A stretch of 32,000 nucleotides of DNA from Haloferax volcanii DS2. GTDB lineage: Archaea > Halobacteriota > Halobacteria > Halobacteriales > Haloferacaceae. The stretch lies in NCBI RefSeq assembly GCF_000025685.1, contig NC_013967.1, forward strand, positions 2,250,001 through 2,282,000, in the 5' to 3' direction. Below, one piece after another: positions 15,428 to 25,325 of the stretch; position 1 is the stretch's first letter; each line of letters opens with the position of its first letter. Position numbers and translations under genes: made by a program. The notes under the pieces are model-generated. The model was not told the DNA's origin, ran no database searches, and saw only the letters and a list, made by a program, of their open reading frames with translations.

Positions 15428-15580
15428 GTCCCACCGTTGGACGCGCCGACCCAAAGAGATTTGCACGCCGGTCGGTCCGACCGCCGCGCCTCGACCGTCG
15501 TGCCGTCGGTGCCCTGTGAGCCGTTACGGCTCGCCACTCGAACGTTTTAGACATATCAAAATTCAACCTTAGAGCAACAA

Positions 15581-15590
15581 ATCTATATGG
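15581..15590 (+). promoter_or_regulatory. Candidate TATA box for a leaderless znuA transcript
   Basis: atcTATATgg is centred ~30 nt upstream of the ATG at 15616, inside the only AT-rich block of the grx/znuA divergent spacer. The spacing fits haloarchaeal leaderless promoters. Confidence 0.35.
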
Positions 15591-15615
15591 TGGCTTGTAT
15601 CTATTTCACATAGTG

Positions 15616-16722
15616 ATGAACACGAACGCAGATTCGTCCGACCCCAAACTCTCTCGGCGGTCGGTCGTCGCGGCCGGTTCCGGTCTGTTGACGGCCGGTC
15701 TCGCGGGCTGTCTCGGCAGCGGTGGCGGCGCGGGAAGCGGAAGCGACGGCTCGAACACCGACTCGAACGACGCCTACGGCGGGTCCGAGTCCGAAGACGG
15801 CCCTGTCGTGGTCGCCTCGTTCTTCAGCTTCTACGACTTCGCGCGCGAGGTCGCGGCCGACACGCCAGTCACGCTCAAGAACCTCATCCCGACGGGACTC
15901 CACGGCCACGGCTGGGAACCGGACGCGAGCGTCACGCGCGACATCATCGAGGCCGACGCGTTCGTCCACGTCGGGAAGGACTTCCAGCCGTGGGCCGACC
16001 GCGCCATCCAGACGCTGAAAGACGACGACGTGGACACTCAACTCATCAACGTCCGCGAGGGCGTCGAACTCGTGGAACTCGCGGCGAGTCTCGACCGCGA
16101 CGAGGAGGGCGTCGGTGAGGGTCGCGGGAAGGACCCCCACTTCTGGCTCGACCCGCGGCGCGCCAAGACCGCCGTCGACAACATCACCGAGGGGCTGGTC
16201 GAACTCGCCCCCGCGTACGAGGAGACGTTCCGCGACAACGCCGACGCGTACAAAACCGACGTACTCGACCGCATCGACCGGGACTACCAGGACATCTTCG
16301 ACTGGGCGTCGCGCAAGGTCGTCCAGTTGGCGGCCCACAACGCCTTCCAGTACATCGGCGTCCGCTACGGCGTCGAGATGCGCCCGCTCGTCGCCAACCT
16401 CGCCGCCAGCGGCGACGTGAAGCCCTCGGACATCACCGAGGCGAAGCGCGTCATCGAGGACAACGACATCCGGTACATCGGCGCGGGCGTCTTCGAGACG
16501 CGCCGCCCGGCGAAACAGCTCATCGCCGAGACCCCCGTCGAGGCGTACTTCCCCGTCACCCCGTACGCGGGCGTCCGCGAGGACTGGGTCGCAAACGACT
16601 GGGGCTACGAGGAAATCGCCGACAACATCAACATGCCGACGTTCGAGGTCGTCCTCGGCAACAAGTCGCCCGAGGAGGTCGGCGGCGACGGCTGGGCCGA
16701 CGAGTGGAGGAACTTCGAATGA
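15616..16722 (+). CDS. znuA: Zinc/metal ABC transporter substrate-binding lipoprotein (ZnuA/TroA family)
   Basis: The N-terminus MNTNADSSDPKLSRRSVVAAGSGLLTAGLAGC combines a twin-Arg motif with the lipobox LAGC. The conserved motif DPHFWLDP is present, along with an acidic Asp/Glu-rich loop (LDRDEEGVGEGRGKD). It is followed by ABC ATPase and permease genes. Confidence 0.85.
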   Translation: MNTNADSSDPKLSRRSVVAAGSGLLTAGLAGCLGSGGGAGSGSDGSNTDSNDAYGGSESEDGPVVVASFFSFYDFAREVAADTPVTLKNLIPTGLHGHGWEPDASVTRDIIEADAFVHVGKDFQPWADRAIQTLKDDDVDTQLINVREGVELVELAASLDRDEEGVGEGRGKDPHFWLDPRRAKTAVDNITEGLVELAPAYEETFRDNADAYKTDVLDRIDRDYQDIFDWASRKVVQLAAHNAFQYIGVRYGVEMRPLVANLAASGDVKPSDITEAKRVIEDNDIRYIGAGVFETRRPAKQLIAETPVEAYFPVTPYAGVREDWVANDWGYEEIADNINMPTFEVVLGNKSPEEVGGDGWADEWRNFE

Positions 16723-17588
16723 GCGCCCTCCGCAACGGCGAATCCGCGGAGTCTGCCGAGTCCACCGACGCCGGCGTCTCCGACGACGCGAGCCGAGACG
16801 CCGGCGGCTCGTCCGACCCCCTCGTCGAACTCGCAGACGTCGAGTTCGGCTACACCGCGACGCCCGTCGTGGAAGACATCTCGCTCCGCATCGACCCCGG
16901 CGAGTACGTCGCCATCGTCGGGCCGAACGGGTCGGGCAAATCGACGCTGATGAAGCTCATCCTCGGCCTGCTCCGGCCCGACGAGGGGGCCGCGCGGCTG
17001 TTCGGCGAGCCCGCCCACGCCTTCGACGACGGCGCGCGCATCGGCTACGTCGCCCAGCACGCCAGCGCCTCCAAGGAGATGCCCATCACCGTCCGCGAGG
17101 TCGTGAAGATGGGTCGGTTCCCCCACGTCGGCTTCGGCCGGCTCTCGGCCGAAGACCACCGCATCGTCGACGAGGCGCTCGCCACGGTCGGGATGTCCGA
17201 CTTCGCGGACCGCCGGGTGACGAAGCTCTCGGGCGGCCAGCGCCAGCGCGCCTTCATCGCCCGCGCGCTCGCCGGCGAGGCCGACCTGCTCGTCTTGGAC
17301 GAGCCGACCGTCGGCGTCGACGCCGAGTCGGTCGACGCCTTCTACGACCTGCTCGAATCACTCAACGAGGAGGGCATCACGATTCTCCTCATCGAACACG
17401 ACCTCGGCGCAGTCACCGACCACGCCCGGCGCGTCGTCTGTCTCAACCGCGAGGTCTACTTCGACGGCCCGACCGACGAGTTCGTCGACAGCGACGCGCT
17501 CGCGCGGGCGTTCGGGACGGCGGCCTCCTTCGCGGGCGGTTCGGGCAGTTCGAGCGGTACAGGCGGTTCGGGCGGTGGTCGCCCGTGA
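16719..17588 (+). CDS. znuC: Zinc/metal ABC transporter ATP-binding protein
   Basis: Walker A is GPNGSGKST, the signature is LSGGQRQR, and Walker B is LLVLDEPT. The ATG at 16719 overlaps the znuA stop (ATGA). Confidence 0.9.
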   Translation: MSALRNGESAESAESTDAGVSDDASRDAGGSSDPLVELADVEFGYTATPVVEDISLRIDPGEYVAIVGPNGSGKSTLMKLILGLLRPDEGAARLFGEPAHAFDDGARIGYVAQHASASKEMPITVREVVKMGRFPHVGFGRLSAEDHRIVDEALATVGMSDFADRRVTKLSGGQRQRAFIARALAGEADLLVLDEPTVGVDAESVDAFYDLLESLNEEGITILLIEHDLGAVTDHARRVVCLNREVYFDGPTDEFVDSDALARAFGTAASFAGGSGSSSGTGGSGGGRP

Positions 17589-18583
17589 TACCCGTCGAAC
17601 TGGTCGCCGCGTTGCAGGCGGGGCCGTTAGACGCTGCCCTCGCGCCTCTCTACTGGCTTCTCGCGCTGTGGTCCGACCTGCTTTTCGCCGTCGGCGACGC
17701 GACCGGCCTCGGCTTCCTCGACTACCGGTTCATGCACCGCGCCATCCTCGTCGGCCTCTGTATCGGCGTGATGGCCCCCCTCATCGGGACGTTCCTCGTC
17801 CACAGACAGCTCGCGCTCATCGGCGACGCGCTCGCCCACACCGCCTTCGCCGGGGTCGCCGTCGGCCTCTTTCTCAACGGCGTGTTCAGCCTCGGCGTCT
17901 CGCCGTACCTGACCGCCGTCGTCGTCGCCGTCATCGCGGCGCTCCTCATCGAACTCATCTCGGAGGCGACCGACGCCTACAACGACGTGTCGATGGCTAT
18001 CGTGCTCTCGACGGGGTTCGCGCTGGGGACCGTCCTCATCAGCCTCAACGCGGGCGGCCTCGCGGTCGGCATCAACCAGTACCTCTTCGGCAACCTCTCG
18101 ACCGTCTCGGCGGAGAACGCCGCCATCCTGCTCGTGCTGTTCGCCGTCATCGTCGGCACCGTCGCGCTCACGCGCAACCAACTGCTCTACGTGACGTTCG
18201 ACGAGACGGCCGCCGCCGTCTCGGGTATCTCGGTCACGTGGTACAACCGCGTGATGGTCATGCTGACCGCGCTGGTCGTCGTCGGCGCGATGCAAATCAT
18301 GGGCGTCATCCTCGTCGCCGCCATGCTCGTCGTCCCCGTCGCGGGCGCGGCGCAGGTCTCCCGAAGCTTCTCCGAGTCGCTTCTCGTCTCCGTCGTGCTG
18401 GCCGAACTCGCCGTGCTCCTCGGCATCGGCGCGTCCTACTACGGCGAGGCAACCGCCGGCGGCGTCATCGTCCTCGTCGCGGTCGGCATCTACGTCGTCG
18501 CCGTCGCCATCGGCAAGGTACAGGCGCGCGCCGGAGCGGACGCGACCCCCGAACTGGGGAGCATCGACTCCCGCGAGGCGTAG
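17585..18583 (+). CDS. znuB: Zinc/metal ABC transporter permease (ABC-3 family)
   Basis: 332-aa polytopic protein with family motifs FMHRAILVGLCIGVMAPLIGTFLVHRQLALIGDALAHTAFAGVA. The GTG at 17585 overlaps the znuC stop (GTGA). Confidence 0.88.
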   Translation: MIPVELVAALQAGPLDAALAPLYWLLALWSDLLFAVGDATGLGFLDYRFMHRAILVGLCIGVMAPLIGTFLVHRQLALIGDALAHTAFAGVAVGLFLNGVFSLGVSPYLTAVVVAVIAALLIELISEATDAYNDVSMAIVLSTGFALGTVLISLNAGGLAVGINQYLFGNLSTVSAENAAILLVLFAVIVGTVALTRNQLLYVTFDETAAAVSGISVTWYNRVMVMLTALVVVGAMQIMGVILVAAMLVVPVAGAAQVSRSFSESLLVSVVLAELAVLLGIGASYYGEATAGGVIVLVAVGIYVVAVAIGKVQARAGADATPELGSIDSREA

Positions 18584-18758
18584 CCGCGGGACTCGACTGC
18601 ACTCTCTCCTGTCTGCGCTCGGTAGACGGTCGCCGCACGCGGACTGACGTGGAATTCGACCACAATCCCGATTTGCTATCGCGATATTCGATTTATTTTC
18701 TCTTCCACAGCGTCCGCGAACCAATATCTTCAACAACGACTACCACGGATTCGACCCC

Positions 18759-18935
18759 ATGAGCGACCTCGAAATCGAACGCGAGTGCCCGGCCTGCGGC
18801 AACGACACGTTCTACCTCGCCGCCAGCATGGAGATTCACCTCGGCACGAAGACGAAGTGGCACTGCACGGAGTGCGACTACGGTTACATCCACATCACGG
18901 ACGACATCGAGACGTACGCGAAGGCCGAAGCGTAA
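18759..18935 (+). CDS. Small CPxCG-type zinc-finger protein (58 aa), absent from the supplied ORF track
   Basis: Hand translation gives ATG(18759) MSDLEIERECPACGNDTFYLAASMEIHLGTKTKWHCTECDYGYIHITDDIETYAKAEA TAA(18933-18935). The pairs CPACG and CTEC form a C4 zinc ribbon. The ORF has strong GC3 bias and acidic composition. Confidence 0.55.
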   Translation: MSDLEIERECPACGNDTFYLAASMEIHLGTKTKWHCTECDYGYIHITDDIETYAKAEA

Positions 18936-18940
18936 CCGCG

Positions 18941-18953
18941 AAAAAAGGCTTTT
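18941..18953. terminator. Candidate bidirectional terminator between convergent genes (A6 / T4)
   Basis: The 22-nt spacer ccgcgAAAAAAggcTTTTctcg gives T4 on the + strand after the zinc-finger ORF and T6 on the - strand after gcvPB. Confidence 0.35.
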
Positions 18954-18957
18954 CTCG

Positions 18958-20379
18958 TTATTCGTCGTCGCCGAGCGCCCGCCACGAGAGCCGCGGGTTC
19001 CGCGCGGCCGACACCTGGTCGATGCGGCGGGCGCTGGTCTTCGAGGGCGCGGTTTCGAGCGCCTCGTCGGAGTCGGCGTACGCCGCGTTGAAGGCGTGCG
19101 CGAGGTCGTCGAGCGACGCCTTGTCTTCGACTTCCGTCGGCTCCGTGAGCATCGCCTGCGAGACGAGTTCGGGCCACTTCGTCGTCGGCGGGTGGACGCC
19201 GTAGTCGAGCATGCGCTTCGCCACGTCGGCGGCGTCGCGGTCGCCCGAGGTCGCCGCGAACTCGTGGTGGAACGGCCCGTACGGCACGTCGAGGTCTAGC
19301 TGTGAGGCGAGGTAGTTGGCGTTGAGGACGGCCTTCGCGCTGGCGTCCGCGAGGCCCGCGTCACCGAGGCGGGCGATGTAGGCGTACGCCTTCACGAGCA
19401 CGAGCCAGTTGCCGGCGAAGCCGTGGACCTTGCCGATAGAGGACTCGGGTTCGTACTGTTCGTAGCCGGCGGCCGTCTCGCGGACCATCGGGCTCGGGAG
19501 GAACTCCGCGAGCTCTTCGACCACGCCGACCGGGCCGGCACCGGGGCCGCCGCCGCCGTGCGGCGTGGCGAACGTCTTGTGGACGTTGTAGTGCATGATG
19601 TCGAAGCCCATGTCGCCGGGGCGGGCGCGGCCGAGCAGCGCGTTGAGGTTCGCGCCGTCGTAGTACAGCAGGCCGCCGGCGTCGTGGACCAGCTCAGCGA
19701 TATCGACGATGTCGCGCTCGAACAGCCCCAGCGTGTTGGGGTTGGTGAGCATGAGCGCGGCCGTCTCCTCGGAGACGGCGGCGTCCAACGCCTCCATGTC
19801 GACGCGGCCGTCGTCGTCGGAGGGGAGTTCGACCACGTCGTAGCCGGCCATCGCGGCCGACGCGAAGTTCGTCCCGTGGGCCGACGAGGGGATGATAATC
19901 TCCGAGCGGTCGTCGCCGCGCGACTCGTGGTACGCCTTGGCGACGAGGATGCCCGTGAACTCGCCCGCGGCACCCGCCGGGGGCTGGAGCGTCACGGCGT
20001 CCATCCCGCCGATATCGGCGAGGTACTCCTGGAGGCCGTGCAGGAGGCCGAGCGTTCCCTGAATCGTCCGGTCGGAGCGGTCGGGGTGAACCCCGGCGTT
20101 GGGGTCCGCCGCCACGTCCTCCGTGAACGAGGGGTTGTACTTCATCGTACACGACCCGAGCGGGTACGGCCCGAGTTCGACGCTGTAGTTCATCTGCGAC
20201 AGGCGCGTGTAGTGCCGCGCCAGTTGCGGCTCCGACAGCGCCGGCAGCGTCAGTTCGTCGCGGGTCAGGTCGTCGGGGAGGACGCCCTCCGAATCGACCT
20301 CGACGGTGGTGCTGTCCTTTTCGGACAGGAGCGGTTCATACTCGTCGTCGCGGCTGAATCGGGCTTGGTCGAAGTTCAT
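18958..20379 (-). CDS. gcvPB: Glycine dehydrogenase (aminomethyl-transferring) subunit 2, P-protein beta
   Basis: It begins [18 protein letters not shown] at the ATG at 20379, which shares one nt with the gcvPA stop (TGATG). The PLP-lysine region is MHYNVHKTFATPHGGGGPGAGP. The track ORF's Arg-rich N-terminal extension is rejected. Confidence 0.92.
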   Translation of the reverse strand: MNFDQARFSRDDEYEPLLSEKDSTTVEVDSEGVLPDDLTRDELTLPALSEPQLARHYTRLSQMNYSVELGPYPLGSCTMKYNPSFTEDVAADPNAGVHPDRSDRTIQGTLGLLHGLQEYLADIGGMDAVTLQPPAGAAGEFTGILVAKAYHESRGDDRSEIIIPSSAHGTNFASAAMAGYDVVELPSDDDGRVDMEALDAAVSEETAALMLTNPNTLGLFERDIVDIAELVHDAGGLLYYDGANLNALLGRARPGDMGFDIMHYNVHKTFATPHGGGGPGAGPVGVVEELAEFLPSPMVRETAAGYEQYEPESSIGKVHGFAGNWLVLVKAYAYIARLGDAGLADASAKAVLNANYLASQLDLDVPYGPFHHEFAATSGDRDAADVAKRMLDYGVHPPTTKWPELVSQAMLTEPTEVEDKASLDDLAHAFNAAYADSDEALETAPSKTSARRIDQVSAARNPRLSWRALGDDE

Positions 20380-21722
20380 CAGATGACCTCCTCGAAGGCC
20401 GCGACCAGTCCGTCCGCGGCGTCGGCGTTCGCGTCGGTGATACAGACCTGCAAGTGGTGGTCGTCGAGGGCGTGCACCGCGAAGCCGCGCCCCGCGAGGT
20501 CGTTCGTGATGGCGGGCGCGGGCTGGTCCGTCCGGACGACGAACTCGCGGAAGTGGTGGCGGTCGTACAGCGGCGCTTTGACGCCCGAAAGCTCGTCCAG
20601 CCGGGCGGCGAGGTCGCGCGCGTCGGTGACGGCCTGCGTCGCGAGGTCGACGAGGCGGTCGGGGCCGAGCCACGCCATGTGCATGGCCGTTCGGAGCGCG
20701 ACCCACGCCTGGTTCGTACAGATGTTCGAGGTCGCGCGCTCCTTGCGGATGTGCTGTTCGCGGGTCTGGAGCGTCAGCGTGAACGCCCGCATATCCGCGC
20801 TGTCCTCGGAGACGCCGACGAGGCGGCCGGGGACCTGCCGGAGGTACTCCTCGCGGGTGGCGAAGATACCGAGACCCATTCCGTAGGCCGTTCCGAGGCC
20901 GAGCGCGCCGGCCTCGCCGACGACCACGTCGGCACCGACGCTCGCAGGCTCTTCGAGCAGCGCGAGCGCCACGAGGTCGCTTCCGATACAGAACAGCGCG
21001 TCGTTGTCGTGGGCGAGGTCGCTGATATCGGCGAGTCGCTCCTCGATGACGCCGCGGACCGTCGGGGTCTCGGCGTAGACCATCACGGTCTCGTCGTCGA
21101 CGAGGTCCGCGAGGGTCTCGACGTCGACCGCGCCGTCGTCCATCGGGTACTCGCCGATTTCCATCTCCGCGCCGTCGAGGTAGTTCTCCAAGACGCCGAG
21201 ACGACCCTCGTGGAGGTGTTCGGGGACGAGCACGCGGTGGCCGCTCGCGCCGCGGCGAAGGCGGTTCGCGAGGAGCGCGGCCTCGGCGAGCGCCGTCGCG
21301 GCGTCGTACATCGAGCAGTTGGCGACCGGAAGCCCGGTCAGTTCGACCAGCATCGACTGGTACTCGAACAGCACCTGCAGGAAGCCCTGTGCGATTTCGG
21401 GCTGGTACTGCGTGTACGAGGTGAGGAACTCCGAGCGCCGCGAGAGGTCGTCGACCAGCGCCGGCACGTAGTGGGCGTGGTGGCCGCGACCGAGGAACTC
21501 CGTCAGCTCCTCGTTGCGTGAAAGCAGGTCGGCCATGGCGTTCCTGAGCTCCTGTTCGTCGGCGCTGTCGACGCCGAACTCGCCGTCGAAGCGGACCTCA
21601 CCGGGGATATCGAAGAGGTCTTCCGCGCTGTCGACGCCGACGGCGTCCAGCATCGCTTCCTCGTCGGCGTCCGTGTGTGGGGCGTACGGGCTTCCGACCC
21701 GCCGTCCGTTTCCAGCCGTCAT
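20379..21722 (-). CDS. gcvPA: Glycine dehydrogenase subunit 1, P-protein alpha
   Basis: 447 aa. It carries ...[48 protein letters not shown]..., diagnostic of GcvPA. Confidence 0.92.
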   Translation of the reverse strand: MTAGNGRRVGSPYAPHTDADEEAMLDAVGVDSAEDLFDIPGEVRFDGEFGVDSADEQELRNAMADLLSRNEELTEFLGRGHHAHYVPALVDDLSRRSEFLTSYTQYQPEIAQGFLQVLFEYQSMLVELTGLPVANCSMYDAATALAEAALLANRLRRGASGHRVLVPEHLHEGRLGVLENYLDGAEMEIGEYPMDDGAVDVETLADLVDDETVMVYAETPTVRGVIEERLADISDLAHDNDALFCIGSDLVALALLEEPASVGADVVVGEAGALGLGTAYGMGLGIFATREEYLRQVPGRLVGVSEDSADMRAFTLTLQTREQHIRKERATSNICTNQAWVALRTAMHMAWLGPDRLVDLATQAVTDARDLAARLDELSGVKAPLYDRHHFREFVVRTDQPAPAITNDLAGRGFAVHALDDHHLQVCITDANADAADGLVAAFEEVI

Positions 21723-21723
21723 C

Positions 21724-22104
21724 TCACTCCGTCTGCTCGCGGTACTCCTCGGGAGAGAGGAGGTCGTCGAACTCGCTCGTGTCGGCCGGTTCGACTGCGA
21801 GCATCCAGCCGTCGCCGTAGGGGTCGTCGTTGAGGAGTTCCGGGGCGTCGAACAGTTCCTCGTTGACGGCCGTGACCGTGCCCGAGATGGGGGCGTAGAG
21901 GTCCGAGACGGCCTTGATGCTCTCGACCACGCCGAACTCCTCGCCGGCGGCGAGTTCGTCGCCCTCGGCGGGGAGTTCGACGAAGACGACGTCGCCCAGT
22001 TCGTCCTGCGCGAAGTCGGAGATGCCGATTTTGACGGCGTCGCCCTCGGTGGTGGTCCATTCGTGCGATTCCAGGTACTTCCGGTCGTCAGGGATTTCGA
22101 ACAT
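21724..22104 (-). CDS. gcvH: Glycine cleavage system H protein (lipoyl carrier)
   Basis: It begins [18 protein letters not shown] and carries the lipoyl-lysine motif [13 protein letters not shown]. It is 126 aa from the ATG at 22104. The long upstream extension in the track overlaps gcvT in another frame. Confidence 0.92.
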   Translation of the reverse strand: MFEIPDDRKYLESHEWTTTEGDAVKIGISDFAQDELGDVVFVELPAEGDELAAGEEFGVVESIKAVSDLYAPISGTVTAVNEELFDAPELLNDDPYGDGWMLAVEPADTSEFDDLLSPEEYREQTE

Positions 22105-22106
22105 TG

Positions 22107-23198
22107 TCAGTTGATGAAGGGAGGTGTCACGATTACTGCGCGCTTCTCGCGGCCGCGGACGAGCACCGAAACCTCGGTCTCGTCGTCGGCGTACTCGACG
22201 GGGACGTAGCCGAGACCGATGGGTTCCGACAGCGTCGGGCTCATCGTCCCGCTCGTCACGACGCCGATGACCTCGCCGTCCGAATTGGCGATGTCGTAGC
22301 CGTGGCGCGGGACGCCGCGGTCGAGGAGGGCGAAGCCGACGAAGGTCTCCTCGACGCCGGCCTCGCGCCGTCGTTCGAGGGCGTCGCGCCCCACGAACTC
22401 GGTGTCGAGGTCGACGACGAAGCCGATGCCGGCCTCGTAGGGGGTCCGGGGCTCCGTCTCGGGGTCGAAGTCCTGTCCCGAAAGCAGGTAGCCCATCTCC
22501 AGTCGGAGCGTGTCGCGGGAGCCGAGCCCGCAGGGGGTCGCCTCGAGCGCCGCCCAGACGGTCTCGGCGTCGGCCCACGGACAGAGGAGCTCGAAGCCGT
22601 CCTCGCCGGTGTAGCCCGTCCGGGCCACCCAGCACTCGACGCCCGCCACGTCGGCGAACGTCGCCTGGAACTTCGAGAGGTCCCCGAGGGCCGCGTCGGG
22701 CGCGGCGTCGGTGACCGAATCGAGGGCGTCGGGGCCCTGTACCGCGAACATCGCCCAGTCCTCCGTCACGTCCTCGACGGTGGCGTCGAGGTCCCAGTCG
22801 TCGCGGAACGAGGTCCATCGGTCGTACATCTCCTCGTCGTGGCCGGCGTTCGGGACGAAGAGATAGACCCGCTCGTCGCGGTCGGGGAGTCGGTAGACGA
22901 CGGTGTCGTCGACGATGACGCCCTCGTCGTTCACGATGGCCGAGTACTGCGAGTCACCCGGTTCGAGGGCCGTCACGTCGTTCGTCGTCAGGCGTTGCAT
23001 CAGCGCGGTCGCGTCCGGGCCGGACACCTCGATTTCGCTCATGTGAGAAACGTCGAAGATGCCGACCGACTCGCGGACGGCCGCGTGTTCAGCCTTGATG
23101 GAGTCGTACTCCACAGGCATGTCCCATCCGCCGAACTCGGTGAACGTCGCCCCGGCGTCCGCGTGGACGTCGTACAACGGCGGCTTGCGAAGGCCCAT
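22107..23198 (-). CDS. gcvT: Glycine cleavage system aminomethyltransferase T protein
   Basis: It begins [31 protein letters not shown] at the ATG at 23198. The sequence [13 protein letters not shown] and the folate-binding fold pattern are present. It is 363 aa. Confidence 0.92.
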   Translation of the reverse strand: MGLRKPPLYDVHADAGATFTEFGGWDMPVEYDSIKAEHAAVRESVGIFDVSHMSEIEVSGPDATALMQRLTTNDVTALEPGDSQYSAIVNDEGVIVDDTVVYRLPDRDERVYLFVPNAGHDEEMYDRWTSFRDDWDLDATVEDVTEDWAMFAVQGPDALDSVTDAAPDAALGDLSKFQATFADVAGVECWVARTGYTGEDGFELLCPWADAETVWAALEATPCGLGSRDTLRLEMGYLLSGQDFDPETEPRTPYEAGIGFVVDLDTEFVGRDALERRREAGVEETFVGFALLDRGVPRHGYDIANSDGEVIGVVTSGTMSPTLSEPIGLGYVPVEYADDETEVSVLVRGREKRAVIVTPPFIN

Positions 23199-23428
23199 AC
23201 ACGCCCCTGCGAACTGCGATAAGTAATGCTTTGGTATCTGTTCGCTCGGTCTGTTCAGTATCTTGTATGAATACGGGGGACGAATCGGGGTAAAACACCA
23301 CGAATCCGCAACCACATGGCGAAATCTGCCGTCCGAGCGCGGCGCTGATCGGGACCGCGGTGGACGTGATAAACCGATTAGTGCGATACCGAATTCGGCG
23401 CGCTGCGCGTGCGTCGGGGGATAGTTCG

Positions 23429-24229
23429 CTACCGCGTTTGGTCCAGCAGGTGGGCTCGTGCCTCCGAGACGGTCAGCGGAACGTCGTCAACGTCGAGTAT
23501 CCCCTCGAACAACTGCACCGTCGCCGGCGGCCGGAGACCGTTGTCTCTCAGCAGGGTAGTGTCTGTCAGCACGTCTCGAACAGGTCCGTCCGCGGCTATC
23601 GACCCGTCCTGCCCGACGACGAGTACTCGGTCGGCAATCTCGGGCACGGCGTCCACAGACGGCGTGAACAGCACCACGGTCCCCTCGTGGCCGGTCACCA
23701 GTTCCAAAATGCGTTCTCGGTAGCCGGCGTCGACAGCGCCGAACGGCTCGTCGAGAAGGAGCACCGCCGGCTCGAACGCGAGGACGCTCGCGACCGCCGC
23801 CCGCTGTTTCTCGCCCCCCGACAGACGGAACGGGGGGCGGTCCAACAGGCTCTCTAACCCGAGTTCGGCCGCGAGGTGTGCGACTCGCTGTGTCGCTGCC
23901 TGCCGTGACATCCCGAGCTGGGCCGGCCCGTATTCGATGTCCTCGCGGACGGTCGTATTGAACAGGTAGTCGTCGGGGTCTTGCAGGAGCACGCCGAGGC
24001 GGTCCCTGACGGCTTCGGCATCCGCCGTCTCACCGACGTACTCGACCGTTCCGGCCGTCGGCTCGACGAGGCCGCCGAGCACGTGTTGCAGCGTGCTCTT
24101 TCCCGACCCGTTCGCACCGATGACGGCAACTCGCTCTCCCGCCTCGATTGTGACCGTCACGTCTCGGAGCGCCGTCGTTCCGTCCGGGTACTCGTGTGTC
24201 AGTCCCCGGGCTTCGATTACAGGCCCCAT
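23429..24229 (-). CDS. cbiO: ECF/CbiO-type Ni/Co transporter ATP-binding protein
   Basis: It begins MGPVIEARGLTHEYPDG (ATG at 24229). Walker A is GANGSGKST, the signature is LSGGEKQR, and Walker B is LLLDEP. It overlaps the cbiQ stop by 13 nt. Confidence 0.88.
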   Translation of the reverse strand: MGPVIEARGLTHEYPDGTTALRDVTVTIEAGERVAVIGANGSGKSTLQHVLGGLVEPTAGTVEYVGETADAEAVRDRLGVLLQDPDDYLFNTTVREDIEYGPAQLGMSRQAATQRVAHLAAELGLESLLDRPPFRLSGGEKQRAAVASVLAFEPAVLLLDEPFGAVDAGYRERILELVTGHEGTVVLFTPSVDAVPEIADRVLVVGQDGSIAADGPVRDVLTDTTLLRDNGLRPPATVQLFEGILDVDDVPLTVSEARAHLLDQTR

Positions 24230-25029
24230 CGAATCACCCCCGAGCCGGTGACGGCCACGACGGCGAGCGCGACCAGCGCGTAGTCGCCCCCGTCGACGTC
24301 CCGCGACCGACTGTACGGTGACGGTGGTCGGGAACCGCCGCGGGCCCGCATCCCGCGGCCGACCCGTTCGCCGCGGTCGAGCGTCCGCAACAGGAACGTC
24401 CCGACGAGCCGCTTTGCATCGCGCCACCCGTCGCGGAGGCTCGACTGTCCGGTCGTGCGACTGTTCCGCGCGAGAACGAGTCGCTGTAACTCGTCGAAAA
24501 ACAGGAACAGGTAGCGATAGGTGACGGCGACGACCCACACGAGCGCGACCGGGACGCGCAGTTCCCGCATGGCCGCGACCACCGACGAGAACGGCGTCGT
24601 CATCACGATGAGCGACAGGAGCGCGACGCCGACGCCGACGCGGAGCGTGAACAGCACGACGTACGCGACGCCGGCGTCAGTGACGGCGAACCCGAACGCC
24701 CGCACGAGCGCGTCCCCGGGGAGCAGTACGGCTTGGGGAACGACGATACCGGCGGAGACGAGCGGCACGACCGCCGAGCGTGCGAGCAACTGTCGGAGCG
24801 GAACCGCCGACAGCCGCGCCAAGAGGACGGTCACGACGCCGAAACAGAGGGAGACCGCGACGGTTCGCGTAATCATCACCGCCAGCGCGAGGCCAGCGAC
24901 CGAACACAGGGAGACGCGAGGGTCCCGTCGCTGGAGGAACCCGTCGGACGAGGCCACCTGCTCGGCCGTGAACACGGATCGAAGCGCCCCCGTGATGGAT
25001 TCGACCGAGCGGCCGACGACGCCGGTCAC
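24217..25029 (-). CDS. cbiQ: ECF transporter transmembrane (T) component CbiQ
   Basis: 270-aa polytopic protein. It has the CbiQ-like C-terminal region AMRELRVP...YRYLFLFFDELQRLVLARNSR...R (two Ala-Arg-Gly/coupling-helix-like motifs: ARNSR and MRARGG). Confidence 0.85.
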   Translation of the reverse strand: MTGVVGRSVESITGALRSVFTAEQVASSDGFLQRRDPRVSLCSVAGLALAVMITRTVAVSLCFGVVTVLLARLSAVPLRQLLARSAVVPLVSAGIVVPQAVLLPGDALVRAFGFAVTDAGVAYVVLFTLRVGVGVALLSLIVMTTPFSSVVAAMRELRVPVALVWVVAVTYRYLFLFFDELQRLVLARNSRTTGQSSLRDGWRDAKRLVGTFLLRTLDRGERVGRGMRARGGSRPPSPYSRSRDVDGGDYALVALAVVAVTGSGVIRWGL

Positions 25030-25325
25030 TGTTCGAGGAGGCGACCGACTCCGACTCCGACCGCCAGCGTGAGCCCCGTCCCGACGACCGCCGAGACGAG
25101 CGTTCCGAGCGGCGAACTGAGCCCCGGGACGGAGTAGTCCGGCAGCAGTCCGGGACTGACGGGGTCGGCCGCGTCGGCCGCCCCGGTCTCTTCGGCGGCG
25201 TTTTCGAGCGGTTCGGCGTACCCGACTGCGCCGGACGCCCAGCCGAACACGGGAGCCAAGACGACGAGCACGAGCAGCCCGATGAGCGCCCGCCGACCCC
25301 AGGAGTCAGACACGAGCGCGTTCAC
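25026..25325 (-). CDS. cbiN: Small two-TM accessory component (CbiN-like / PDGLE-type loop) of the Ni/Co transporter
   Basis: The GTG at 25325 overlaps the cbiM stop (GTGA). The sequence VNALVSDSWGRRALIGLLVLVVLAPVFGW..GYAEPLENAAEETG...LLPDYSVPG...LVSAVVGTGLTLAVGVGVG shows two TM helices flanking an acidic loop, positioned between cbiM and cbiQ. Confidence 0.6.
   Translation of the reverse strand: MNALVSDSWGRRALIGLLVLVVLAPVFGWASGAVGYAEPLENAAEETGAADAADPVSPGLLPDYSVPGLSSPLGTLVSAVVGTGLTLAVGVGVGRLLEQ

Noticed and set aside
14658-15566. 302-aa version of the adenosyltransferase ORF, and similar long N-terminal extensions of other genes
   Set aside because: The extension is Arg-rich, non-acidic, and overlaps the glutaredoxin gene in another frame. 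The conserved MKIYTGRGD start at 15191 fits the family. I trimmed other genes for the same reason: gcvPB to 20379, gcvH to 22104, gcvT to 23198, cbiO to 24229, cbiN-like to 25325, cbiM to 25978, nikR to 26106, znuA to 15616, znuC to 16719 and grx to 15427.
23199-23428. Spacer upstream of gcvT, examined for a glycine riboswitch-like element
   Set aside because: I could not recognise the tandem aptamer architecture by eye. Glycine riboswitches are not established in archaea. The spacer most likely holds just the cbiO terminator and the gcvT promoter region.
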